From: Candidatus Heimdallarchaeota archaeon
GTDB taxonomy: Archaea; Asgardarchaeota; Heimdallarchaeia; Hodarchaeales; Hodarchaeaceae
DNA length: 64,000 nt
Assembly (NCBI GenBank): GCA_011364965.1
Contig: RDOB01000002.1
Span: forward strand, 545,849 to 609,848
Direction: 5' to 3'
The notes under the pieces are model-generated. The model worked only from the letters and a program-made list of their open reading frames with translations. It did not search any database and was not told where the DNA came from. Positions within the stretch are counted from its first letter, which is position 1; every line of letters starts with the position of its first letter. A program made the translations under genes and the position numbers. Positions 26,447 through 37,185 of the stretch are shown piece by piece.

Positions 26447-27664
26447 TTGGATCCAAAAAACAGCTTTAAGCAAAAAGCAAAAGAAGCTAGAGATAAAAAA
26501 GCAATTTACGGTGATGATATTGATCTTACAAAGTATTCTAATCCTCAACCTCATATCCATAAGGAAATTGACGACCTTTCCGATTTAAAAAGCCATAAGA
26601 ATCTCAAAATCCTCAGAAAATCTGGATTTTCAGAGAACGATAGCCGTGTATCTGGTAGTTATCTGCAATATGATTTTGATACAATTTGTCATAAAAATAA
26701 TGATTCTGGAGTTGAAGTTTTACCTATTGATGTTGCTCTTGAGGAGTATTCAGATTGGATCCAGGATTATTGGTGGAAAAATATTGCTATTGATACTGAT
26801 AAATTTACAGCTAACACCGAATTAAATATGACTCGTGGCTATTTTATCAGAGCTAAGGCTGGTGCTAAGATAACATATCCGTTACAGTCATGTCTTTTTA
26901 TATCCCGTAACTTTGGAGCTCAAAATGTTCACAATATTGTTATTGCAGAGGAAAAAAGCGATATACATATAATTACTGGATGTGCAACTTCAGCAAAAGC
27001 AGGTTTGCATATTGGTGTATCAGAATTTTATGTAAAAGAGGGAGCAGCATTAACATTCACAATGGTTCATAATTGGGCTGAGAATTTTTATGTTCGCCCA
27101 CGAACGGTAACAACAGTCGCTGCTGGAGGGAAATTTAATAGCAATTATATCGCTCTTGAGCCTGTGAAGTCTTTACAACTTTTTCCAACAACAATACTCA
27201 AAGAGGACGCCACAGCTCGATATAATAGCATATTATATGGACATCCAAATACTATAATGGATGTGGGTGGTAAAGTAATTTTGGAGGGAAACGGAGCCCG
27301 TGCAGAAGTTCTTTCTCGAGCGGTAAGTGCTGGAGGGAAAATTATAGCGAGAGGGATTCTTGATGGAAAAGCTTCAGGTATAAAAGCCCATTTAGCATGT
27401 GATGGATTAATATTGGCCGAAAGCGGAATTATCCATGCTGTTCCTGAATTGATTGCTGATAGACCTGACCTTGAAATGTCTCATGAAGCTTCAATTGGTA
27501 AGATTGGAGAAGATCAGTTAAATTATCTAATGGCTCGTGGAATGACTGAAGAAGAAGCAACTGATGCGATTGTAAGGGGATTTCTAAGCATTGATATAAC
27601 AGGATTGAGACCCGAAATAGCAGCAGAACTTGAAAAGATGACAACATTACCTAAAGGATACTAA
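26447..27664 (+). CDS. sufB: Fe-S scaffold SufB/SmsB
   Basis: PLQSCL, HIITGC, HLACDGL, PEL, SHEASIGKI, YLMARG. Confidence 0.92.
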   Translation: MDPKNSFKQKAKEARDKKAIYGDDIDLTKYSNPQPHIHKEIDDLSDLKSHKNLKILRKSGFSENDSRVSGSYLQYDFDTICHKNNDSGVEVLPIDVALEEYSDWIQDYWWKNIAIDTDKFTANTELNMTRGYFIRAKAGAKITYPLQSCLFISRNFGAQNVHNIVIAEEKSDIHIITGCATSAKAGLHIGVSEFYVKEGAALTFTMVHNWAENFYVRPRTVTTVAAGGKFNSNYIALEPVKSLQLFPTTILKEDATARYNSILYGHPNTIMDVGGKVILEGNGARAEVLSRAVSAGGKIIARGILDGKASGIKAHLACDGLILAESGIIHAVPELIADRPDLEMSHEASIGKIGEDQLNYLMARGMTEEEATDAIVRGFLSIDITGLRPEIAAELEKMTTLPKGY

Positions 27665-28938
27665 TTATTTCTCTGTTGAGATGTTATTTTCCTAAATATT
27701 ATCATGAATAGAAGGATAAGAAGCCAACAAACAATTGCAACAATACTCAGAAAAAGAAAACTTGCATTGAATCCAATTTCATCTGCTAAATAACCAAAAA
27801 TTGTTGGTGCAATCGCTCCTGTAAGCGTGGCGCCTGAAAACAAAAGACCAAAAGCTGCTGCCATTCCATGTGATGTCCCTGTAATTTCTGCTAAAATTGT
27901 TGGCAAAATTGCAGCCCCCAAAAAAAAGAAAAAGGTTAAAGTAACATATTCCGCCAATAGTAGAGGTGATTCGTGTGTGGGAGTGAGAATTAAGAGAAAT
28001 AGTAAAAATGCGGCAACTGTGTTCGAAATAAAGATGGTTTTCGCTCGAAATTGAATTCGTTGATTCCTAGTTGCTCCACGAAGAGCTTTTCGATTATTTA
28101 AAACACCAATTATGAAGGTTGCGAATGCTCCTATACCTAAAACAACACCTGAAAACAGTGAAGCTTCAATATTAGAAAATAAAAATGCATCAGAGAAAAC
28201 AACTGTTGTAAAATAGGAAAGCGATCGAAAGACTGGTGCCCGCGCGGCTGAAATAAATACCAGCAATAAACTTAGAATGAGTACCTGTTGATTTGTGAAT
28301 TTTATTTCATTTATTTGTTCGTTTTTAGTATAGTTATTCAAAGATTCATGAAGTTCTGGGGAATTAGGGAATATGAAACCAAACAAAAATCCTGCTATTA
28401 ATTGGTAAATTGAGAATAGTATAAATGCAATTCTCCAATTAAATAGAACTGCAAAAACCATAGCAATAACTGGAGTGATGGCAGATCCCATATTGCCAGA
28501 TACTGCATTCACCCCCATATTTCGATCTTTATTGGGCATGGTATTCAAAAAGTTAAATGCAAGTGGATGATATGATGAAAGTGCCACCCCTAAAATAATT
28601 GTTGCTATTGCTAGGTCAGTGAAAGAGTTAGCTAGCGACATCAAGAATCCAAAGAATCCAATCAAAATCATTCCAATCCAAATTAAATGCTTTCTCCACA
28701 CTGGTCGATTATCCCCAATATACCCTATAGCAGGTGACAGAAAAACAAGCATGATCATAGGGATTGATCCTAGTATTCCCCGTTCTGTTTGAGTAAGAAG
28801 AATATCTGTTTGAAGATATATCAACAGAGCTGGTGTGAGATAATTTCCAACGTGATTAGAAAAATGCCCTATGCTCGTCCAAAGTAGAATATGCCTTTCC
28901 ATTGAATGAGAAGTTTCCGAACTCTGTGTTATTGCCAA
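27661..28938 (-). CDS. MFS transporter
   Basis: 12 TM; GYIGD motif A-like; YHP motif; GYLADEIG. Confidence 0.88.
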   Translation of the reverse strand: MAITQSSETSHSMERHILLWTSIGHFSNHVGNYLTPALLIYLQTDILLTQTERGILGSIPMIMLVFLSPAIGYIGDNRPVWRKHLIWIGMILIGFFGFLMSLANSFTDLAIATIILGVALSSYHPLAFNFLNTMPNKDRNMGVNAVSGNMGSAITPVIAMVFAVLFNWRIAFILFSIYQLIAGFLFGFIFPNSPELHESLNNYTKNEQINEIKFTNQQVLILSLLLVFISAARAPVFRSLSYFTTVVFSDAFLFSNIEASLFSGVVLGIGAFATFIIGVLNNRKALRGATRNQRIQFRAKTIFISNTVAAFLLFLLILTPTHESPLLLAEYVTLTFFFFLGAAILPTILAEITGTSHGMAAAFGLLFSGATLTGAIAPTIFGYLADEIGFNASFLFLSIVAIVCWLLILLFMIIFRKITSQQRNN

Positions 28939-29145
28939 ATTAGATCCACTCTAAGATACTGAATATTCATATATCAAGTTTAAAATCGAAAACGACACTT
29001 TAAGAAAGGTTTTAAAAAAACACTGCGTGTTTATGCAATGAATTTCTTTTATTCTGTTGCTTAAATGATTGGTTCGATTAAAATAACCGTAAAAAATACA
29101 CAAAATTGAATTTTTGCTATTCTAACATTTTAGAGCGAGGAAAAA

Positions 29146-29847
29146 ATGAACAAAGGAAGAGCTTTAGCTACCATAATGGTTATATTGGGCGTTTTATGTT
29201 TAATTTTTGGTATTCTTAGCATTACTTTTCTTCAGGTGTCAATAGCTGAAGTAGATGCGACTGAATCTAACACATCTGATTATTTCTATCTAAGAGGAAA
29301 AATTAGTTATTATATAACAATAGTTGGTTCAAAGTCACCGTGGGGATATGGTTCTGGTAATCTTGAAATAATCTCCACAACCAGGATTTATTCTGAAACT
29401 ACATTAATTACCTACAGTTTCGATGGTACAGCAGATTTGTCAATCATTACTATTGGATCGATAACTGTACCGATATCTGGCCAGTATCAGCTTATTTTTA
29501 CTCCTCTAGAAACATATCTTTCAGGGGGAAGTGTAAAAATAGCGATTCAAGAATCCTTAATCCATTCATTAATCGGAATTGATGATATTCAGCTGATAAT
29601 TCTCGCATTTCCTTTAATTATTGGCGGATTAATTTTAAGGTTCGCTATAGGGAAAAATATTTCTACTTCAGAAGTTCATTATACACATGATATCAACAAT
29701 GAAGATAAACAAACATGGGATAATGATATTGACTTAGATTTCAATCATAAAGAACTGATATTTAAAAAAGTAAAGTGTCCAACATGTGGAATCCCATCTG
29801 ACAGTCTTTACTGTCATAATTGCGGTACTCAAGTAAGGGAATATTAA
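29146..29847 (+). CDS. Membrane protein with C-terminal double zinc ribbon
   Basis: N-terminal and internal TM segments; CPTCG...CHNCG. Confidence 0.7.
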   Translation: MNKGRALATIMVILGVLCLIFGILSITFLQVSIAEVDATESNTSDYFYLRGKISYYITIVGSKSPWGYGSGNLEIISTTRIYSETTLITYSFDGTADLSIITIGSITVPISGQYQLIFTPLETYLSGGSVKIAIQESLIHSLIGIDDIQLIILAFPLIIGGLILRFAIGKNISTSEVHYTHDINNEDKQTWDNDIDLDFNHKELIFKKVKCPTCGIPSDSLYCHNCGTQVREY

Positions 29848-29869
29848 ATGACAGGTTTACTGAAATCAA

Positions 29870-30913
29870 TTAGAAAAAATCATCAAGCTTTCTATCTTCA
29901 AACTTCTCTAGATTACTACAATCCGAGAAATACCTGTTTAAAATGGGTAGATTTAAATCTAATTCCTTTAACGTCTCTTTTAGAATCTCTAACTCAACTT
30001 GTTCTTTTTTTGTGAATTTAAAAGTGCATGATTCCTTTAAAAAGTCATAATCGAGTTTTTGACACAACTTTGTCAAAATTGAAGCTGTTAATTCTAAATG
30101 AGGAAGTAGAATCGTAGGTGTTAATCTTGGTTGAGCATTCAAAACTGTATTTCGTATTATATTTTTTCTTGGATATTTTTCATAACCAAAAGATACTTTT
30201 CCTAAACTATTTGCCGCTGCAAGTGTGCTTCCCGTTCCTGCAAATGGATCGAGGACAGTTTCCGCGTTAGTTAACTGAATGCATTTATAAGGGAGCTCTA
30301 TTGGGAAGGGAGCTTCATGTCCCTTCTTTATTGTAGATCCTGTAGTCTGTAAATATGGAATTAACCACACATTTCCCGGATCACGGAGGTTCTCTTCAGA
30401 ATATCTTCCGATATTTGAACGATCTGCGTAAGGAATTCCGATTGCTTTTGGATATAAACGGTACTTTTTCTTGTTTTTGACTAAGAGAAAAATACTCTCC
30501 CAAACATTATTTAATCTTCTATTTCCTCCTGATGGGGTGTAATGGCCTTTTCCAAGTAATGATTTAACCCAGATTATTGTTTGAATTCGGAAAAACCCAA
30601 CGTTTGAAGTGAGGTTGACAACTTCCTCACTTAAGCCTTGATCATTAGCTGAATCACCAATATTGAGAAAAAAAGTTCCCTCAGGTTTCAAAACTCGAAA
30701 ACACTCTGTCCAAACATTGGTTAAAAGTTGATAGTATTCGCTTTTAGACTTTTTATCGTTATAAATCCCCCCTGAATCGTCCGAGTAAACTTTCCCTCGG
30801 TTATAGGGAGGGGATGTAATTATTACATCTATTGAATTGTCTTCTAGCTCTGACATCTTTTCTGAGCTTTTAAAATATACCGTTGATTTACCTAATTTCT
30901 CAAGGTTGACCAT
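29870..30913 (-). CDS. Site-specific DNA methyltransferase, beta class (N4-C/N6-A), orphan
   Basis: TSPPY precedes DPFAGTGST; HEAPFP. Confidence 0.88.
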   Translation of the reverse strand: MVNLEKLGKSTVYFKSSEKMSELEDNSIDVIITSPPYNRGKVYSDDSGGIYNDKKSKSEYYQLLTNVWTECFRVLKPEGTFFLNIGDSANDQGLSEEVVNLTSNVGFFRIQTIIWVKSLLGKGHYTPSGGNRRLNNVWESIFLLVKNKKKYRLYPKAIGIPYADRSNIGRYSEENLRDPGNVWLIPYLQTTGSTIKKGHEAPFPIELPYKCIQLTNAETVLDPFAGTGSTLAAANSLGKVSFGYEKYPRKNIIRNTVLNAQPRLTPTILLPHLELTASILTKLCQKLDYDFLKESCTFKFTKKEQVELEILKETLKELDLNLPILNRYFSDCSNLEKFEDRKLDDFF

Positions 30914-31200
30914 ACTTAACTACTCGAGTGTTTATATCGCCAATTTGCTAGCTTTTAGGGAGAAAAGGATCTAAAATTTCCAGTAATAGAGGAGGATAGA
31001 AATAATTTTGAATCCTCCGTATAGCTATTTCAGATTAAATATCAATATTATACAATAAGGTTAATATTTTCAATTTTTTCTTGTTTGAACTGCATCGTAA
31101 GTGTATGATTATTCAAGATAACAGTTAAAACACTTGTTTTTCTTGTCTTTAGTAATACAGTTACGAATATTGCACTGTAAACATCAATAACGTGAAAAAA

Positions 31201-31668
31201 ATGTCTGAATCTCAACCTGAAGAATATACAACAAAAACTATAAGTGATTTGACCCCCTTTGATAGGAAGCTTCAAGTCTCGTTTGTGGTAATTGAAAAAG
31301 GTGAAACTCGATCAATCACCAGTAAAAAAACTAATGAGGAGCATCATCTCGCTGATGTCAAAGTGGGCGATGGCACTGGAACCATTATTCTGACCCTCTG
31401 GGACGAAACCATTGACAAGGTCACGGAGGGTGAAACCTATGTCATAAAAAATTCCTATGTCAACGTATTTCAAGAACATATGCGTCTTGCACTCGGAAAA
31501 TGGGGAACTTTGGAAGATTCCGAGGAAAAGATTGGATTAGACTCTGTGAACATGGAAAATGATCGCTCATCTGAGACTCATCAAGGTAGACCCCGACGAA
31601 GACGGTATGGTGGTCGACGAGATGATCAAAGAGGTCGATCCTTCAACGAAGAGAAGTATAGATACTAA
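31201..31668 (+). CDS. ssb: Single OB-fold ssDNA-binding protein (crenarchaeal SSB-like) with Arg/Gly-rich tail
   Basis: VGDGTGTIILTLW, NSYVNVFQ..LALGKWG, tail RPRRRRYGGRR. Confidence 0.85.
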   Translation: MSESQPEEYTTKTISDLTPFDRKLQVSFVVIEKGETRSITSKKTNEEHHLADVKVGDGTGTIILTLWDETIDKVTEGETYVIKNSYVNVFQEHMRLALGKWGTLEDSEEKIGLDSVNMENDRSSETHQGRPRRRRYGGRRDDQRGRSFNEEKYRY

Positions 31669-31870
31669 ATATATCCTTCTTCATCATTTTCCCTCCTTTT
31701 TATTCTTTTTTCGAATACTCCAAATCCTTAGTTTTTTGACTCCAAAGTATTTATTATTATTGGGATAAAAATTTTTCAATAAGCAGTCATTTGGGCTAAT
31801 TGTCAATTAGGCTACATATTTTTGTATTCAATTGGAATATCTCTCATATAATTTCTAGTAGGTTTTTATA

Positions 31871-33193
31871 ATGTTAAATATTTTGGGAATGAGGCTTGAA
31901 GATAAAAATAAGTGGGAACGAAGAGCTCCTTTGATACCAAAACATGTCAAGGAATTAGTAGAAAAACATGAAATACAATTCATAATTCAATCTTCCTATA
32001 TTCGCATTTTTGAGGATCAAGAATATCTTAATGCAGGTGCAGACGTATCTACTAGCCTAGATAAAGCAAATATTATTTTTGCTATCAAAGAAATCCCCTT
32101 ACCGACTTTGAAGGAGAACAAAATATATATCTTCTTCTCTCATACTATCAAAGGGCAACGACGCAATATGCCAATGTTAAAACATATTTTGAACTTGAAT
32201 TCGACATTAATAGATTATGAAAGAATAGTAAATAGTAAGGGGTTTCGTTTAATATTCTTTGGGAATTACGCTGGATTAGCAGGCATGATAGAAACCTTAA
32301 GGGGTTATGGTCAAAGAGTTTTGGCAATTGATGGTGTAAAAACTCCTTTCCTCAAACTTAAACATACATATGAATATTCCGATTTAAGCGAAGCAAAGCA
32401 AGCAATTTCAAATATTGGGAGCGAAATTCAAAAAAATGGACTACCAGAAGAAATTATTCCAGTTGTTGTAGGTTTCGCAGGTTATGGCAATGTTAGCAAA
32501 GGCGCCCAATCTATTTTAGATCTACTTCCTGTAATTGAGATTTCTCCAACCGAATTGGAAGATTTTTGGAAAACCAAAGACTTCTCTTTTAACCATATTT
32601 ACAAGAGCGTTTTTAAAGAAGAGCATATGGTTCAGCGTAAGGATCAAGGAAAATTTGACCTTCAAGATTATTATAAATCAGGATTATCGAATTATGAGGG
32701 AATTTTTTCAAGTTATACTCCCTATTTAAGTATACTCGTGAATGGAATATATTGGAGTGAAAAATATCCTCGATTACTTACAAAAAAACACATTAGAGAC
32801 ATGTTTCAATCAAAAATGCCTGTTCATTTACGAATTATTGGTGATATTTCATGTGATATCGAAGGAGGAATTGAGGCTACTATTAAAGTAACAGAACCAG
32901 ATAATCCTATGTTCATCTATGATCCTTTCACGGAAAAAGCTAGCCATGATGGAAAAAATGAAGGATTAGCTATAATTGCTGTTGATAATTTGCCGTGTGA
33001 ATTACCTCGAGAATCCTCTACGAATTTCAGTAACACATTAGTTCCTTTTATCCCAATAATTGCAAAAACTGATTTCAATAAACCATTCGAAGATTTAGCT
33101 CTTCCACCAGAACTTAAAAATGCAATTATCGTCCACCAAGGTAAACTAACTCCATATTTTCAATATCTAGATAATTTTCTGAGAGAAATCTAA
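31871..33193 (+). CDS. Lysine-ketoglutarate reductase (LKR/LOR domain of AASS)
   Basis: EDKNKWERRAPL, FFSHTIKGQ, IDYE, GNVSKGA, DISCDIEG, VDNLPCELP. Confidence 0.9.
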   Translation: MLNILGMRLEDKNKWERRAPLIPKHVKELVEKHEIQFIIQSSYIRIFEDQEYLNAGADVSTSLDKANIIFAIKEIPLPTLKENKIYIFFSHTIKGQRRNMPMLKHILNLNSTLIDYERIVNSKGFRLIFFGNYAGLAGMIETLRGYGQRVLAIDGVKTPFLKLKHTYEYSDLSEAKQAISNIGSEIQKNGLPEEIIPVVVGFAGYGNVSKGAQSILDLLPVIEISPTELEDFWKTKDFSFNHIYKSVFKEEHMVQRKDQGKFDLQDYYKSGLSNYEGIFSSYTPYLSILVNGIYWSEKYPRLLTKKHIRDMFQSKMPVHLRIIGDISCDIEGGIEATIKVTEPDNPMFIYDPFTEKASHDGKNEGLAIIAVDNLPCELPRESSTNFSNTLVPFIPIIAKTDFNKPFEDLALPPELKNAIIVHQGKLTPYFQYLDNFLREI

Positions 33194-33267
33194 AGAATTT
33201 TTAAATCTGCCATAAAATTAAAACTATAATTGAATAAAGTAAGAGATCCTAAAAGGAGAATTATATA

Positions 33268-34623
33268 ATGAAAAAAATATTGGTACTTGGCGCTGGAATG
33301 GTTGCAGGGCCCCATATTAATTATTTGCTTGATCATAACTTTCGAGTAACAGTTGCTAGCCGAACTCTCTCCAAAGCAGAAGCTCTGATTAAGAATCATC
33401 CAAATGGATTTGCTGTAAAGTTCGATATCACAAAAACACCAGAAAACTTGGAGGGTCTGATAAAAAATTGTGATCTTGCAGTAAGCTTGCTTCCATATGT
33501 ATATCATGTGGATGTAGCCCGAGAATGTATCAAACAAAAAAAACACATGGTAACTACTTCTTATGTCAGCCCAGAAATGAGAGAGTTGGATAAAAAAGCC
33601 AGAGAAGTTGGAATTACCATTTTAAATGAAATAGGAGTCGATCCTGGGATTGACCATATGAGTGCAAAAAAAATTGTTGATAAGGTTCACAAAGAAGGAG
33701 GAGAAATCTTATCGTTTAAGTCTTATACAGGAGGACTTCCCGCTCCAGATGCTAATACCAATCCTTGGGGTTATAAGCTATCGTGGTCTCCACGAGGGGT
33801 GATTTTGGCAGGACGAAACCCTGCTAAATACTTAGAGAACGGAAAAATTGTGGAAATTCCAGGTGAGGATCTATTTGATCATTATATTCCATTCTATATC
33901 CCTGAGAAAGGCCCTGGAGACGAGGAAGAACTTGGAATGTTAGAAGGATATCCAAATAGAAATTCTATAGAACCTTATATTGATGTTTATGAGATCCCTG
34001 AAACTAAAACGATAATAAGAGGAACTCTTAGAAATACCAGCTGGTGTCGGACAATGAAAAAAGTGGCAGATATAGGGTATCTCAATTTAAATGAAGAAGA
34101 ATTTCCAATTACTTTAACATATGGTCAACTAACTAATAAGCTTCTAGGTAAACCTTTAGATGCCGATACCAAATCAGAATTTATGGACCAATTTGACTAT
34201 AATGAGTCGGATGATGTAGTGAAAAGATTTGATTGGATGGGTTTATTCGGAACTGATTCTTTACCATCTAATAAGATATCACCACTAGATGCTTTATGTC
34301 ATCAATTCGAACAACACTTACAGTATTCTCTCGGAGAACGAGATATGTTAATAATGGTTCATGAATTCATATACAAAGAATCTAACGGTAAGAAAAAAAA
34401 GCATACATCAACTATGATTGATTATGGGCTTAAAAATGGCCCGAGTTCAATGTCTAGAACTGTTGGTCTTCCAGCTGCTATTGGATCTCGTATGATACTG
34501 GAAGGAAAGATTAAAGATAAAGGAGTTCTCATTCCAGTGAAAAGCACCATTTATGAACCAATTTTAAAGGAATTACAAGAGCATGGAATTGGATTCATTG
34601 ATAAACTGGAAGATATCAAGTAG
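33268..34623 (+). CDS. Saccharopine dehydrogenase (glutamate-forming; SDH/Lys9 type)
   Basis: LGAGMV, SLLPY, TTSY, NEIGVDPGIDHM, GGLPAP, YPNRNS, RGTLR. Confidence 0.92.
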   Translation: MKKILVLGAGMVAGPHINYLLDHNFRVTVASRTLSKAEALIKNHPNGFAVKFDITKTPENLEGLIKNCDLAVSLLPYVYHVDVARECIKQKKHMVTTSYVSPEMRELDKKAREVGITILNEIGVDPGIDHMSAKKIVDKVHKEGGEILSFKSYTGGLPAPDANTNPWGYKLSWSPRGVILAGRNPAKYLENGKIVEIPGEDLFDHYIPFYIPEKGPGDEEELGMLEGYPNRNSIEPYIDVYEIPETKTIIRGTLRNTSWCRTMKKVADIGYLNLNEEEFPITLTYGQLTNKLLGKPLDADTKSEFMDQFDYNESDDVVKRFDWMGLFGTDSLPSNKISPLDALCHQFEQHLQYSLGERDMLIMVHEFIYKESNGKKKKHTSTMIDYGLKNGPSSMSRTVGLPAAIGSRMILEGKIKDKGVLIPVKSTIYEPILKELQEHGIGFIDKLEDIK

Positions 34624-34670
34624 TATCTATTTTAACTCTATAATTTTTCCTTTTTATTATTCCGTGATTA

Positions 34671-35477
34671 TTAGAATTTGCAATCACAGTATGTTGCTAA
34701 AAAGCTACTTTCGGTCTTGAATCCAAGCTTTTCATATAATCTACGAGCGCCAAAGTTACCTTCATCTACCCACAATACGATATTTTTCACCTCTAGCTGG
34801 TTGAAAAGATATTGGATGAGTTTCCCTACAGTTTGTAATCCAAGACCTTTTTTCCTCTCCAAGAGTTTTGTCTCAACACTTCTAATTATAGCAAATGAAT
34901 AATTTTGTTTAATTAATATATAAGGAGCAGCTGCAAAACTGATTATTTCATCACCCTGAAGCACTCCATAGTTAATTCCCCCATTAAGGTGTTTATATCG
35001 CTTAGGAAGGTCAGTGTTCTGTTTGGGTAATCGGATGGTATTGATTTCTTCTTTTTCTAAAAAAGAAAAATCATTAGGGGTTAACCGGAGTGTTAAATAA
35101 GTATTAAAGACGTCACTTGATTCATTCGTTTCTAATGACCTAAAATTTTGAAATTTTGAATGGATCAAATCATCAAATGAGCTGTCTTCAAACATTACCA
35201 CAATATTTGTTTTGAGCCATTGGATTTTCCTGTATTGCTTCCATGCATTTTGGCCATATAAATAGTATTTATTTTCAAATCTATATATAAAATTTAGAGT
35301 GGGCTTTAATTTATACGAGAATTCAATGTTTTTTTCATTTCTATGGTGATTCCATAGAATATAAGCTACTTTGCTAAGAGGAAACTGATCTATATTCTCA
35401 ATGAATTTTTTTTCAGAATTATTTTTATTAAAAATATAAAGCCATCTTTTCCTCATGAAAGTTACAGATCCAGACAC
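34671..35477 (-). CDS. GNAT family acetyltransferase
   Basis: ERKKGLG (motif A); NFGARRLYEKLGF. Confidence 0.85.
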   Translation of the reverse strand: MSGSVTFMRKRWLYIFNKNNSEKKFIENIDQFPLSKVAYILWNHHRNEKNIEFSYKLKPTLNFIYRFENKYYLYGQNAWKQYRKIQWLKTNIVVMFEDSSFDDLIHSKFQNFRSLETNESSDVFNTYLTLRLTPNDFSFLEKEEINTIRLPKQNTDLPKRYKHLNGGINYGVLQGDEIISFAAAPYILIKQNYSFAIIRSVETKLLERKKGLGLQTVGKLIQYLFNQLEVKNIVLWVDEGNFGARRLYEKLGFKTESSFLATYCDCKF

Positions 35478-35557
35478 TTTTGATATTAAAATTCCTAGAA
35501 AGTATTTAATTCTATCTCAATAATTTATAATCTGAGGCTTCAGATCTGGAATAGAGC

Positions 35558-36451
35558 TTATTCCACGAAAGAAAATTCCTTATTTTGGTCAGATAGCGGG
35601 TGTCCGAGATCATATGATTTCCTTAGATGTTCTAACGAGACATGGGTATATAATTGTGTAGTGGATAGTGAAGAGTGACCTAGTAATTCTTGAATAACTC
35701 GAATATCAACTGAATTTGAGAGTAAATGGGTTGCAAAGGCATGCCTTAACGTATGAGGTGTTAATTTCTTACCTGTTAATCCAGCTAATTTCTTATATTT
35801 ACTAACTAGCCTCTGGATCGATCGTGTAGTCATTCTCGTGCCTGATTTATTCAAAATGAGTGCTTTTTCCATAGATGTTTTATTATGATTATTCAAGAAT
35901 TCTTCGAGAAGAGGAATTAATTGCCCAGGTAATGGTATAATACGATCCTTATTTCCTTTTCCTCCCTCAACCCTTAAAATTCTCTCCTTTATATTGATAT
36001 TCTGAATATTTAAGTTACTTAATTCTGACACTCTCATCCCTGTCGCGTAGAGTAGATAAAGTATGGTTTTATCACGTATATTTTGAGGAGTATTTAGGAG
36101 TAAGGCGGCTTCTTTAACTGTGATAGTTTTTGGAAGTGATTTAGGTATTTTGGGGGATTCTATTCCCTCTGCTGGATTAGATGTTATATACCCTTCTTTT
36201 TTAATGAATTTATAAAATGACTTCAGACAACAGATTTTTCTATGTAGACTTCGTGGGGCATAATCTTTATCCCTCTTGAGATGTAAGAAAAAACGGCGTA
36301 AATCAGCTGTTTTGGCTTTTTCTAGGTTCTTGGCGTTAGTAAATCCTTCAAACATCTTCAAGTCGTATGTATATTCACGAATTGTTCTAGGGGAATAACC
36401 TTTCTCAATTTCCAGATATGTAGTAAAATCATCAATTAAAGTGCTATTCAT
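35558..36451 (-). CDS. xerA: Site-specific tyrosine recombinase XerA
   Basis: TGMRVSEL, GKGNKDR, TPHTLRHAFATH, LLGHSSLSTTQLY; N-terminal SAM-like domain. Confidence 0.9.
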   Translation of the reverse strand: MNSTLIDDFTTYLEIEKGYSPRTIREYTYDLKMFEGFTNAKNLEKAKTADLRRFFLHLKRDKDYAPRSLHRKICCLKSFYKFIKKEGYITSNPAEGIESPKIPKSLPKTITVKEAALLLNTPQNIRDKTILYLLYATGMRVSELSNLNIQNINIKERILRVEGGKGNKDRIIPLPGQLIPLLEEFLNNHNKTSMEKALILNKSGTRMTTRSIQRLVSKYKKLAGLTGKKLTPHTLRHAFATHLLSNSVDIRVIQELLGHSSLSTTQLYTHVSLEHLRKSYDLGHPLSDQNKEFSFVE

Positions 36452-36543
36452 TGTAGCTAAGTTTGACGACTTTTAATCCTAAATGAGATAATATCATGCA
36501 AAGAATATCCCAATTAGAGAGTAGCGTGCAATATTTCGATTTA

Positions 36544-37095
36544 CTATTCGTATATACGATTAGTTAATGTAGCTTGTCCAGTCTCTTCATTGTAAGAAAC
36601 GAGTTCAGCTCGATTTAATTCATGGAGTGAATGTAATATAATCGCTGGAGCAAAACCAGTTGCTTTTGTTAGTTCCTCTCGGTTCATTGCATTCTTATCT
36701 CCGTGAAGAATGTATAATATTTTTGCATGAGGTTGAGCTGCGAATACTTGTTCGAGTAAAGTAATATAGATGCTCAAAAGTTGTTTGATATCTAATGTAA
36801 CTTCTTGTTTCCCTGACATTTCTTTGAAGAGATCCGAAATCCGTTTGAATTCCGCTTCTAGGGACATATAATCGAACTCTAGCTGTTGTCGTTTAAGATT
36901 GGCTTCATCCAACTCTTTGGATGCCTTATTCAACTTCTCTTCTCTTTCTGTGAGTAATTTTTCCTTTTGCTCCAGTTCCTGTGTGATAGCTTCTATAGTG
37001 TTTTTTACTTTCTCAATTGTTGGCACTATTTCCTCTATTGAGATTGTTTTTCCTTCCATAAAATTCACCAATGTATCATAAACTGAATATAACAC
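36544..37095 (-). CDS. Coiled-coil plus C-terminal winged-helix protein
   Basis: Long heptad E/K/L region followed by KILYILH..MNREELTKATG..LHELNRAELV. Confidence 0.7.
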   Translation of the reverse strand: MLYSVYDTLVNFMEGKTISIEEIVPTIEKVKNTIEAITQELEQKEKLLTEREEKLNKASKELDEANLKRQQLEFDYMSLEAEFKRISDLFKEMSGKQEVTLDIKQLLSIYITLLEQVFAAQPHAKILYILHGDKNAMNREELTKATGFAPAIILHSLHELNRAELVSYNEETGQATLTNRIYE

Positions 37096-37185
37096 AATTT
37101 TATAATCTTAAGAAAAAGAACTTTATAAATTATGAGTAATTTTTAGATTTCTTTCTCAGATCGAAATCAACATTTAAATAATAAA

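Noticed and set aside
35558-36451. Integrase of a provirus or genomic island
   Set aside because: Size and motifs match chromosomal XerA, the flanks look chromosomal, and no att repeats, tRNA or viral genes are seen.
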